A program made the position numbers and the translations under genes. From positions 309,070,001 to 309,134,000 of the forward strand of contig OZ024740.1 of NCBI GenBank assembly GCA_964016885.1: a DNA stretch of 64,000 nt, read 5' to 3'. This document shows, in pieces, positions 50,041 through 62,109 of this stretch; within the stretch, counting starts at the first letter, position 1; each line of letters opens with the position of its first letter. The notes under the pieces were generated by a model. It was not told the origin of the DNA. It ran no database searches and worked only from the letters and a program-made list of their open reading frames with translations. The stretch is from Eledone cirrhosa (Eukaryota).

Positions 50041-50784
50041 ATTGCTGTTGTTGCTGTTGTTGTTATTTCAAGAAGTAGATTAGCAGAATTGTTAGAGCTT
50101 CACATATAAGTATTTCTTTTGGCTCTTTATGTTCTGAGGTGAAACCCACCAAGACCAAATTTGCTTTTCATCCTGCCAGGGTTGATTAAATAAAGAACCA
50201 GTTAAGTACTGGATTCAGTTAAATTGACTAGCCCTTTCTATCTAATTTGTTAGAATATGACAACCTCCCTAGTGTTGGTCATTTACACAATAAACGCACC
50301 CAGTGCATGCTGTAAAGTAGTTGGTGATAGGAAGGGCATCTAGCCATAGAAATCTTGCCAAACAAAGGGTTGGGGGGACTCTCAGCTGTGTCAAAGGCAT
50401 GACAACTTCTCGTAAGCACTCGGTGGAATATGTGACCATACATAAGCGAGACACAGATCCCTGGCCTGCCTGGGAGATCAGTGGCTCCACTTCAGTACTG
50501 ACTTGGTCTGTATGGACCCGTCCAACCCTTGCTAGCAGGGAAAGTGGACGTTAAAATGATGATGACGATGAGAAGAGATGGGCACTGCCAAGCATTTCTA
50601 AGGCCCACCGAAATGCCATGATGGACATACAGTCAAATCTCTAGAGTGGTGCCCAATGACTAGCTGCACCAGTTATGGGAATTTGATTGATAATTATTAT
50701 TATTAATAGTCCTATGCTGATCCCAGGTGTATGTGCCTTGAATATCTGCAGTGTTTCAACTTGCTTTTGTTTTACTAGTGTTTC

Positions 50785-51012
50785 TTAACCCTTTAATGTT
50801 CAAACCAGCCAGAATTCTCTACCTTTTTCTGTTGAAACTCAAAATAAATACTTTCAAAATCCCATAGATTCGATATTATGTGAGATAATTATGCGAGGTA
50901 AAGCCTTTACCATGAAAATATAATAGTATATATAGAATAATTGTTTCTATAGTATATATAGAATAATTGTTTCTATAGTATATATAGAATAATGTGAATG
51001 CTAAAGGGTTAA
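50785..51012. mobile_element. piggyBac-like MITE (family B)
   Basis: TTAAcccttta ... taaagggTTAA; homologous to 36070-36295; internal 26-bp duplication at about 50925-50990. Confidence 0.75.
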
Positions 51013-51509
51013 GTTCTATTGAAATTACTCTGCTTATTAAATATTTGACTATTTGTTTTTTTCTAGTTTTCTTTAACCCTTTTGATACCAACCCACCTAG
51101 AAACTGCCCCGGGTTCTATGAAACAAAGCCACAGCATTTGTTCTGTTATAAATCCCTCCCCCTTAATAATGAAATATATTTAATAATTTTAGTAAATTCT
51201 CACAAATTCTCCATTAATTAAATGAAATACAGTGTATATCATTAGAAATATGGCCACAATGTTGTCATATATATATATACAAAAAGATGTGATGAAATAT
51301 TACACAAATAAGAAAAAAACCACCTAGAGGGTAGTGTTTCCCATAGTAGAGTTGAGTAATATTTTATAGTAAGGTAATCAGAATGAAATATAACAATCTG
51401 AATCATATTTGTGTCTCTACATTTTTGTAAAACTTTTGGTAATATGACATTGCATGATTTATCAGATTATTTGATTGTCTTTTAGCTTTATTTCACCTCT
51501 TCTTTGTAA

Positions 51510-51885
51510 GAAGAAGAGGAAGAAGAAGGCCCTATAATTCTTGAGTGAGTCATAGGGGCGCTGTTCTGACAAATGGCATGTTTTGGTAATTTTAAACCTG
51601 GCAGATCCCACCCCTCATGACTGAACACAGCCGATTTCTTCTGCAGAAGGAGAGAGAGGGAGGGGAGAGAGAGCAATCAATCAAGCAAGCAAGCAAACAG
51701 GAGTAAGTGATAAAGAAAAAATTGGGAAAAATCAATTCCTTTACTTGGCTGGTACTTTATTTATTGACCCTGAATGCATAAAAGTCAAAATTGACCATGG
51801 CAGGATTTTAATTCAGAGCACTGTAAGTTAGAACAAATAGCAAGACATTTAATCCCATGTCCTAACTACTGTCAGTTCACCACCT
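51510..51885 (-). mobile_element. SINE with alternative 3' body and (TTC)n tail
   Basis: tRNA-like head near 51885, core tggtactttatttattgaccc and body gatttcttctgcagaagga; gaagaag run at 51509-51528. Confidence 0.65.
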
Positions 51886-52253
51886 TCTTTGTAAACTGTT
51901 TTTAATTAAATTCACTTGACATAGATCAGCAGGAAGGTTTGCTAAAACAAAAGCAAACTATAATAATATTCATGCTGACAAAGACAACAAGTTGTCAGAA
52001 TGACCATTTATTTACTTGGTGACAGATAATTGCCCTCCTTAGTTCACAAAGTCAAATCAAATTGTGTGTGACTTCTTTATGGTAATCTATATCTGATGAT
52101 TGATGAGTGTCCCTGTTATTAAGACCACATACCAGTTAGCAACACAACCTCCAATAAAGCACATCAACAAATAGAAACCATCTGGACAACACCTATGTAT
52201 GTGTGTGTGTGTGAGAGAGAATAAACATGTGATTTAGAATATGGCAGACTGAA

Positions 52254-52423
52254 AATTTTGAAAAATAGGATTAGAAGCTTTCACCCTATTTTGATTACAG
52301 AAAATAGTCTAATAACATGACTGATGTCCATTTTTCTCCATAGTGGAGGTTCATATCCCCTGTTATTAGACTATTTTCTGTAGTCAGAATACTGTGAAAG
52401 CTTCTAATTCTATTTTCAAAATT
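52254..52423. repeat. long inverted repeat (about 63-bp arms, 43-nt spacer)
   Basis: 52254-52317 matches the reverse complement of 52361-52423 with about 5 substitutions and 1 indel. Confidence 0.92.
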
Positions 52424-52907
52424 ATATATATATATATTACATAAACTGAAATAAAGCACCAACTCCTTCATTAACTTCACTCTCGTGGTATTAGCTGCAA
52501 CAAAAGTTTCAACCTCATCTCTCTCAACTAGTAATGAGATCTATCCCCCTCACACATATTTACAGTTGGGGATACAAACATTAGAAAAGAGCAATGAATA
52601 CATAATGGGAAAGTTAAGTCAAACTGTTTATATATGTAGGTGTCACGATAAAAAGCACCCAACCCACACTGTAAAGTTGTCGTGTAGGTGTCACAACAAA
52701 AAGCACCCAGTGCACATTGTAAATGTGGTTGGTGTTATGAATGGCATCTAACCGTAGAAACCAAGTCAGAAACAGTTCTGTATGAGTAACACAGTGTCCT
52801 TTCTCGTGTGGAAAATAGATGTTAAACAATTATGATGATGATGATATAAATAAGCAATCTTTTGTTAGAATCATCAACCAGTTATGAATTTTGAATATTA
52901 AGTTAAC

Positions 52908-53136
52908 TTAACCCTTTAGCATTTACATTACTCTATATATACTATTGTATTTTTATGGTAAACAATTTACCTCACATAATTATCCCACATAATATCGAAT
53001 CTATGTGATTTTAATATTATTTATTTCGAGAACAATACCTTAACATCAGTATGAATGGCCAGTTACAGCCGGTTTGAACAGAAAGAGGTGAAAGAATTCT
53101 GGCCAGGTATGACCGGTTTAAATGCCAGAGGGTTAA
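52908..53136. mobile_element. piggyBac-like MITE (family B, reverse orientation)
   Basis: TTAAccctttagcattta ... taaatgccagagggTTAA. Confidence 0.8.
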
Positions 53137-56100
53137 AGATAACATCTTCAATGCAGGTTTTTAACTATAAAAAGTAGGATTGTCTCATAAGTTGGTCATA
53201 TAAGCTCCTTGAGACAGAAAAATGTAGTTTGGATTTTTGCCCATTTCTCAGACATAAAATAGGAGGTCGGCTTATATTCAAGTTTATACAGTAAGTATTG
53301 ACTTAGTCTGTAATGACTTCTCCAACCCTTGCTGGCAGGGAAAACATGTTAAATGATGATGATGATCATCATCATTTAACGTCCATTTTCCCACGCTTGC
53401 ATGGGTTAGACAAGTTGTCCTGTTGTGAGACAAGTCAGGTCAGATGGCCTTGTGTTGCTCACACAGAACTGTTTCTGGCTTGGTTTCTGTTCCTGGATGC
53501 CCTTCCTAATGCCAACTACATTTACAGTGTGGACTGAGTGCTTTTCATCATGACACCAACAAGGCCACTTTACAGCATAACTGGGTGTTTTTTATAGTGA
53601 TACCAACACGGCCACTTTATAGCATGGACTGGGCACATTTTGTTGTGTCACCAAAATTACCGCTTCATAGTGACTGTGTGTTTGATAATAATATCTGGAT
53701 ATGTATTATTTCCACTTCAATCAAGTACATTTATAATTATCTTGACAAGAATGAAGCAAGATTTTATTAATTATAAAAATATATGTTTTACTACTGCATG
53801 AGAATAATTCTTTATCTGTTGCACTTATTGAATACAACAAATCTAATCTTGATTGATGAGAATTTAACTATATTGCTGACTAATTCTCTTACAACTCTCA
53901 TTACTATTCTTAATGTCATGCTATTTTTAAAACAATGGAACTAAAGAGGATTCATATCAGAATTGAATCTTTTTTTCCTTTGACATGGACATCTTGGTGC
54001 AGAGAATAATATATGATGGTGGAACTGGAAGCTGTTGGTTTTCTAAACTATTCTGTCTACTTATTCTACTATACCTTATACTGATAGTCTGCCTGTCTGT
54101 TACAGTGCACTACTATACAGGATAACACCTTTGATCTATTTCTCATATATCTGACCTTTTTATATGAAGTTCAAGACTAAATTTATCTGCTACAAAGGCA
54201 AATATTTCTCAAACTTCCAACAACTGAATGGTCATCATCAAAATTGATGAATGACTCATCATTTTATGGTTGGGCAGGTGAACTCACTCTATCATGCAGA
54301 TTACTGGGTGAGAAGGATATGTGGGTACCTAAATACATTTTGGCAAAGAGTGGAAGAGCTACTCACTTAGAAGTTAACCTTGTGTGAAGATAGATGTTGC
54401 CAGTTTATCTGTCTTTTGACACATTGCTGTGTACCGATGGCTTCCTAAGTCTATGATGTTTAAATGGGTATTTACTATAGTAATTAATTCTGTATGATTA
54501 ACTTAGGTTTTTCTCATAGCCTTTCTTTAATTTAATGGGATGTATTTTGAGGAGTCATTAGAAAAGCTTCCTGTACTGCATGAAACCGCATTAGCAAAAC
54601 ATTCTTGAAAAGTACAAAACAACACCGCTTTACTTTACAGCAAATTTTCACAACAATCTACCTACTTGTAAACATTTGAATTAACAAACCCATTTTTAGA
54701 TATTTTCTGCTAAATCATTACAGGATGATAAGAGTTAAATTTCAGAAAGAAACTAAGAATGTTTATTTTGGAAACCTGAAATAATATACATTTAATACCT
54801 TACTTAACTGAACAGTACTCTTATAAAGATAAATAGAGAAGTAAATACTTATTTTTACATATTAAATGTTTCTTCCTTGTTACTTATGTCATCTTCAATT
54901 ATTCTTATTGCTTGCTTTCAATATCTTCATCATTGTTGTAATCCTCATTATTGTTATCATCATCATCTCTGCTATGATAATTACTTTAATCTTTATCATC
55001 ATCTACACCAGCAAATCTTTGTATATATATATATTGCAACTATATAATTGGAAAGCTTCTTATAAATTTATAATTGGAATTTTTTTTATAAACTTTATAA
55101 TTGAAGTTCATTTGTAGAAACTTGTTTAACCATTAACTTCAAGTACACCCTGAGGATCGTGCCATCACCTTCTTTTGAGTTGGTAGTATTCCTATGTTGT
55201 GGCTTTGGTGAATGAGGTCATGTGGAATTTTTGAAAACATTTATATACTTCAAGCATTAATTTGTTATTAATTTATTGAAATTGGAAAATTTCGATTAAC
55301 TGTTTCTGCTCTTTCATTGAAAACCATGGCTTTATAAGACTAATTTCGGCACAAGAGGCAGCAAATGTTGGGAGAAGGGGAAAGCTGATTACATCGACTC
55401 TAGTACTTAACTAGTACTTTATTTTGTTGACACTGGAAGGATAAATGGGATTTGAACTCAGAACGTAGAAAGTACTAACTAAATACTGCAACGTATTTTG
55501 TTTGACACTCTACTGATACTGCCAGTCCACTGCCCTTATGAGGTTATTAAACTTTAGAGTTGTTTACTGTAATTAAATGAACACAAACATAATGAGATTT
55601 GAATAATTGATGATTTTGCATCAGTAAAATTATTTGCTTTTATTATTACCTTTGATGTACCACAATAGCACACATATTTTCTTGGTTTTTATACTAATGT
55701 ACATCTGCTTTGTTGAAACCTTTCATAACCTTATTTCTAATACACTCTATTTCAATTAAGTCATGAAGAATTACTAATACTATTAATTATTTCATTACTA
55801 AGATAGTAACCTAACATATCGTTCTTATATAAAATTATGTTGGAAGATTTAAATCTAAATAGAAACTTTTTTTAAAAGGTGGTTTTGTTTCCTAGAGACA
55901 GAGCTGGTTTTAGCCAGGTTGGTATGAAAACAGTTAAGCATGTATTATAATGAGATGATAGAAAGGAATTCCCCGGATATCTTTGTCAAAAATAAGAATC
56001 GATAGATCTTATATATATGCTAGATATACATCTTGTATACATTAATTCCTCTTTCACTCTCATGTTTATATTAATTTTGAAAATAATTAAGTCAAGGAGG

Positions 56101-56339
56101 ATTTAATGAAATATTTACCTGTTATTAGTCTGTTTTTTTTTTTTTTACTTTGCAAACAACTTAAAAAAAAATTCTTATAAGATTATGGTAAAAGGTTTTA
56201 TTTAAATATAAAGTCCAACCCTTGCCACCAAGGAAACCAGATGTTAATTAAATATGGATAGTTTTCTGTCATAGAAGTAGTGGCCTTTTCAGTCAGGTTG
56301 TTATGAAAAGGGTTGAGAAAATATTTCCTGTTAAGGATA

Positions 56340-57130
56340 TTATTGATATTCCTATCAGCATGTCTCAATTAGAGAGGAGATGGTATCTCAGAGACAGTTT
56401 TGGACAGCTGCTGATAATAGCATTGTATCTCTTTTACAAGTTTGGCATATCAGACATCTGTTAACACAATGTGGTGGTTTTGAGGCACATCTATCTTGTA
56501 CATTCCCTAGATATTATATAGAGAAAGTATATCTTTGAAAATGTGAAGAAGCAACATGATAGATGTTCATATAACATAAGATACTCACCTTATGGAATAA
56601 ATATTCAATGGCAATCTTTTGTTAACATACAGGATTTTTTTTATCTAGAACTTTAAGATTGGTTTGTTTAATAGCTCTAGAGTTATATGTTGTTGCATTA
56701 AATATTTTTTGAAATTCTTTCTCACATAGTTTTAGATTCTCTATAAATTGATAGGAACTTCATGTATTCTTTTTGTTTGTATTCTTCATCAGATACTGTT
56801 TCAGTTATTTCATACATTACTGACAAGCTGTCTGAACTGATCTTAGACTTTCAAGTCATGACCTTGGCAGTATTCTGATTTCAGAACCATTAGATCTGAG
56901 TATTACGTCTAGTGTTTGGCTTTGTGTTAACTCAAACACCTTGCGATTAAATATACATTTCAGAAATCCACTCTCAGGAAAGTGAACTCTGGAAAATAAC
57001 TTTGGGATATAATAAAAATCTTGTATAGAATAAAATATAAAAACCAATAGAATATTATAGAAGACCTATAAATCATGTTTTTAAATAGACTCCACCAGTT
57101 TAAATTGGAAGCTTTTGCTTGAATAACAGC
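56340..57130 (-). mobile_element. old R4/Dong-like LINE remnant
   Basis: IISSCPKLSLRYH motif at about 56380-56420, homologous to 31760-31800; otherwise heavily decayed. Confidence 0.55.
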
Positions 57131-57369
57131 TTTTCACAACTGCTATGAATGCACAGATTTAAAACTAATCTGTCATCTTAACAACTGATGATCAGGCAAA
57201 ATATATCAACCCCTTGAACAGAACATCACTGTGTACTGCCAAAGGTCCCATCCTGCACATCTAGAGTAAGGACCAGATACTGCAATAGCCTAAGGTTTCA
57301 AAGCTCCCAGCTCTTTAATAAGCTGCTAAAAAACCTGAGAGATCTACATTGTGTGGATGTAGATGTTTC

Positions 57370-57735
57370 CAAGAAACATCCCTCCCATTGTCATAAAAGG
57401 TAAACATCTCCTTCAGCTATAAATGACCATGGGATTTGCACCTACAAAGTTGCCCTCTGAGGCACATGGGCAAGGCTGTTTGTGGAAAACTAGCAGTCGC
57501 CCATGCATACCTGTCTCTCCTCTCCACATTACCGTTGTTGTCCAAGGGAAAGTCTAAGGCCGATACAGCTTGGCACCAGTGACATTGCAACCCCTTTTTA
57601 CAGCTGAGTAAACTGCAGCAATGTGAAATAAAGTGTCTTGCTCAAAAACACAACACACAGTCCGGTCTGGGAATCAAACTCACAACTTCACAATTGTAAG
57701 CCCAATGCTTTAACCACTAAGCCATGCGCCTTCTA
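57370..57735 (-). mobile_element. tRNA-derived SINE (CORE/V-like family)
   Basis: On -: aaggcgcatggcttagtggttaaagcattggg..gagtttgattcccagacc..gagcaagacactttatttcac. Confidence 0.8.
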
Positions 57736-58030
57736 TTGTCATACACTATGCCTAACCCCATCATACCTTCTAAGGCATACACTTTCCACTCTTATTTAAG
57801 TTGAATTGCAACTTTCTAGAATTCTTTTGTTGTCTATGTATTAGTTTCAGCCTCAAACCGAGAGTTCAATCTATTAGTTATTCCTAACTTTTAGTTGAAG
57901 TATCTGGAAAGGCTCTGTGACCTGCTCCCTCCTGAAACTGAGGTAGACTTTATGTGGTCAATCAGTCTGTTAGAAATAGCAGCTAAATCTTCTTCAAATC
58001 ATATCCTGTTGTTTTAAATAAGAAAACAAT

Positions 58031-58175
58031 TGTTTCTACTTTTGGCACAAGGCCAGCAATTACCCAGTGTATGACTGGTACTTTATTTTATCGACCTCGT
58101 AAGGATGAAAGGCAAAGTTAACCTCGGCAGGATTTGAACTCAGAATGGCAAGGGCCATAACTCTATGCGTCAAAG
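58031..58175 (-). mobile_element. 5'-truncated SINE, short subfamily
   Basis: Near-TSD aaataagaaaa(c/t)aat on both sides. Confidence 0.85.
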
Positions 58176-58832
58176 AGAAATAAGAAAATAATATTAGTTA
58201 CTATAGTACCAGTTATCCCTAAAAGGATGGGATGGTCATAATTGGAATGCCTTTACCATTGGTCTATTTAATCAGAGTATGTTATGTTCCAAATGCAATG
58301 ATTTAGCAGAAAATATCTAAAAATGGGTTTGCTAATTCAAATATTTATAGTATCATTACTACTGGAAAGATCATCATGAAAATTTGCAGTGTTTGAGTAA
58401 AGACATTAATTTTCAGTGTGATGCAGTCATATTGAAGTTTTGTACCTTTCAAGAATGTTTCCCTAAAGCAGTTTCATGTGGTACTGAACATTAAGAGTTA
58501 ATACTTGAGTAGTTAGCCATTTTACTAAACCTTTCTACATTCTTTAATATTTTCCAAATTATTTGAAACATGAAGACTATTTCATTAGAAATATGCCCAG
58601 GCCTTATTACTCCCATAGGTCAAAGAGTCAATTAATACGTAGTGAATATGTGGAATGCCTGAGGATATTTATGAGGTATGAGATGACTTAGGAGAATGAC
58701 AGTTAATCATCATCACCATTTAACGTCTATTCTCTATGCTAACATGGGTTTGATGAGTTGTCCTATCTGAGGCAAGACGAACAGATTTTAGCTTGGTTTC
58801 TAAGGCTGGTTGTCCTTTCTAATGCCAATCAC

Positions 58833-59180
58833 ATTTACAGTGAGTACTGGGTGCTTTTTGTCGTGATACCTACATGACCACTTTACAGTGTAGGCTGGGT
58901 GCTTTTTGTCGTGATACCTACATGACCACTTTACAGTGTAGGCTGGGTGCTTTTTGTTGTGATACCTACATGACCACTTTACAGTGTAGGCTGGGTGCTT
59001 TTTGTTGTGATACCTACATGACCACTTTACAGTGTAGGCTGGGTGCTTTTTGTTGTGATACCTACATGACCACTTTACAGTGTAGGCTGGGTGCTTTTTG
59101 TTGTGATACTTGCACAATCACCTTAGAGTGTGGGTTGGGTGCTTTTTGTCATGTTGCCATCACAAACACTTTACAGTGTG
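58833..59180. repeat. 48-bp tandem array (about 7 units) expanded inside an (ATG)n-tailed SINE
   Basis: ctttacagtgtaggctgggtgctttttgt(c/t)gtgatacctacatgacca at 58881, 58929, 58977, 59025 and 59073; SINE tail at 58705-58830. Confidence 0.93.
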
Positions 59181-60659
59181 GCTTTGGTGGGAAGGGTGTG
59201 TGGGGATTAGAGAGGTGGGTATATATTTAGTAGAAATACAACAAAGTGTATAGAAATATATTAAGGCTTAGGACTATTGTTTAGTACAAGTCTTAACTCT
59301 TCCATAATCATATTTCTAATGAAAGACTGTTTATTATTCTCAAATAATTTTGGAAGATTGAAGAATTTTGAAGGATTTAGAAATGTAAAAATTATTAAGT
59401 TGTTTGTAAAATAACATAATAAAGGTTTTTACATAAAATTATGATGGATGGTTTTTCAGTAAATATAATAAACACTTAGAATTTTGTAGCGTATAGAACC
59501 AGGGGTAGCCTTAGGCAGTTTGGTATCAAAAAAGTTCATGAAAGATATATAGAAAGCTTAATGAATGGTGGAATAAGTATCGAAAGGCATTCAAATGAAT
59601 TTTGTGGAGGATAATTATACTTAAAAATTGTGGTTTTAAAAATGTTAACTTCTCAACATTATACTTGTCACATAATGATTTTCAATTTTGGTATAAGGCA
59701 GATTTGCAGGGAGAGGAATGGAACCTCAGTACTTTATTTTATTGATCTTGGAAGGATTAAAGACAAAGTTGACCTCGGCAGGATTTGAAACCAGAATGTA
59801 GAGGACTGTAATGAAATACTGCCATGTATTTTGTCTTACACACTAATGATTCTGCCAATCCACTACCTGTTTCTTCTCACACATAATTGTATCAATTGGG
59901 TACTTCTATCATCTTAATATTGGTGTCACTGCCATCATCATAATCATAATCTTTTTCTTAATTATTCAGGATTTTGGGAGTTTTCTTTGCATCTTTTAAA
60001 TAGATCACTTTAAAACCATCATCATCACCGTTTAGCATCCATTTCTCCATGCTTGCATGGGTTAGATGGGTCGTCCACATTGAGAGGAATTGCATGTTAA
60101 AAAATAGTTATTAAATAAAGCATTTCAAAACATTATTCAGATACCAAACTCTCCTAGATTAAGATCTATGAAGTTTTGGGTTTTTTTTTTTGCTCAACCC
60201 AGAGCCTAAAAATGTAAATGTGATGCATGTTTTACATATTTTTCTCCAATTGATAATTCACTAAATCTATTAAACTTCACACATACACCATTACAGTGAA
60301 CACAAGCTAGAATTAGGTAGAAAAACACTAATATTATACAGAATTCTATGAAAAAATAACAAGTAATGATGGACACTTTACTAAAAACAAAATACAAATC
60401 AAAATTCTACACACAGATACATGTGTAAAATAAACCAGAATTTAATAGCTGAGTAATCTTAAATCTGGTATTGAGAATTTTATCAGTTATTCCCATGGTC
60501 CTTTGTGACCTACAGCAAAGTGCGCAAACAACGTGATTATTACTATCATTTAATTCTGATGATAAGGCAGAAAAGTTCTTGAAATGGTAATGGATTTAGG
60601 AATACTAGTTTTTCAATGAAAATGGGCTTTCTTTGTATATAAATCTGTTGAGGAAGATA

Positions 60660-60900
60660 AACAGAGGAAAGACGGGAACACCTACAAAACGTGTTCCTGG
60701 TGTTGAGCGTTGTTCTATCCACGGGGTGTAAAACAACCCCGCAGTAGCATTAACCCCCTAATGGGGATTCCGATTGTTTTATTTTATATATAGTTTATTG
60801 TTATTCATCATTGTTAAAGATTTTATGTAAAACCCCTGCTGTCACGTCTTGTAATGTCCAATTTTTGTACGTCCCTGTGGCAAATAAAGAGAGATATCTA
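60660..60900 (+). mobile_element. probable LINE 3' UTR/terminus with hairpins
   Basis: CpG-containing segment with three short stem-loops, ending tgtaatgtccaatttttgtacgtccctgtggcaaataaaga and a simple-repeat tail; clade not determined. Confidence 0.45.
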
Positions 60901-61309
60901 TCTGTCTGTCTCTGACTCTTTCTCTATGTCTAACTGCCTAGCTATCTATCTGTTTCCCCAAGTATTTATCTTTGGACCAGAAAAACAATAACAACTACAA
61001 ATCATGAATTCTAATAGCAATACAAAGACAATAGCAATAATAGCAATACAGACAGATACATAGATAGAACAAAGTCATCATAAATTACTGGATATATGAT
61101 GGATAATGAGTAAAGAAAACAGAAAATTATTGTAATTGACTTAAATCAATGTAAAAGGAAATTTGGTGATGTCCAGAGTGATAAGAGAGATAAGGTTAAG
61201 GAAAATAAGGATTCAAACATCTTTCATAGATTGTTATTAGGAATAAATTATTAAATTATTATTATATTTTTGCTTTAAACTCTGTTATTCCTGGGTACTA
61301 TGCTAGTAT

Positions 61310-62090
61310 ATCATCATCATCATTTTACGTCTGCTTTTCCCTGCTTGCAAGGAAGGTATGGGTCCTATTCAGCACAGCATCCCTCCACTTGTCACGGTCC
61401 TTCATTATCTCCTCCGTGAGCTTCAGTGATCTGAGGTCCACTCTCACCACCTCCGCCCATGTTTTTCATGGTCTTCCTCTACTGCGTCTTCCTTTTACTG
61501 GGATTTCTTGGCACTTCTTCACCCAGCTGTCATCCTCCATGCGCATCACATGTCCATACAATCGCAGTCTTCTCTCCTGCACACTACAACTTATCCCTCT
61601 TATACACAGTTTCTCTCTCAACTCATCTATGCTTGGTCGTTCACGTACATTGACATTATACATCCAATGGAGCATGCTTGCTTCATTTCTCTCCAACCGT
61701 CGCATATCCTCTGCAGTTGCTGCCCATATCTCACTACCATTCAGTATCGCGCATCTCACACAGGCATCATATAACTGTACTTTTGTACGCAGGAGGAAAC
61801 CCTTCTTTGTCAACAGAGGGAGCAGCTTCCTAAACTTCTTCCAACCTGTCCTTATTCTAGATACTATGGCCTCAGAACAACCCCCTCCCATGCTAATCTG
61901 ATCACCTAGATACCGGAAGCTATCAACCACTTCTATAGAACCTACCTGCATTTGAAAAATGTGTCTATCACTGCGACTTCTACTGTCAAATTTCCCTGTA
62001 CATCTACTGCATACATAGTTTTCCCTACCTGTTAGTTTGCCTGCTATCCCACTACATCTTGTGTGTACCCAAGATCTGCATTCTGTACAT
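61310..62090 (-). mobile_element. RTE LINE 3' part (relatively young)
   Basis: ORF 61466-61951 IEVVDSFRYLGDQI..RIRTGWKKFRKLLPLL..RRLRLYGHVMRM..GRRSRGRP; (GAT)n tail at 61310-61323. Confidence 0.92.
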
Positions 62091-62109
62091 TTTATATATA
62101 TGTATATGT

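Noticed and set aside
56780-56810. CTGATGA and GAAAC motifs on the - strand as a hammerhead
   Set aside because: Order and spacing do not allow stems I-III, and it lies in a decayed LINE coding remnant.
58833-59180. Possible CRISPR array, or repeat protein (ORFs 58800-59117 and 58874-59230)
   Set aside because: Units are contiguous 48-bp repeats without unique spacers, they lie inside a SINE, and there are no cas genes. The ORFs are by-products of a period divisible by 3.
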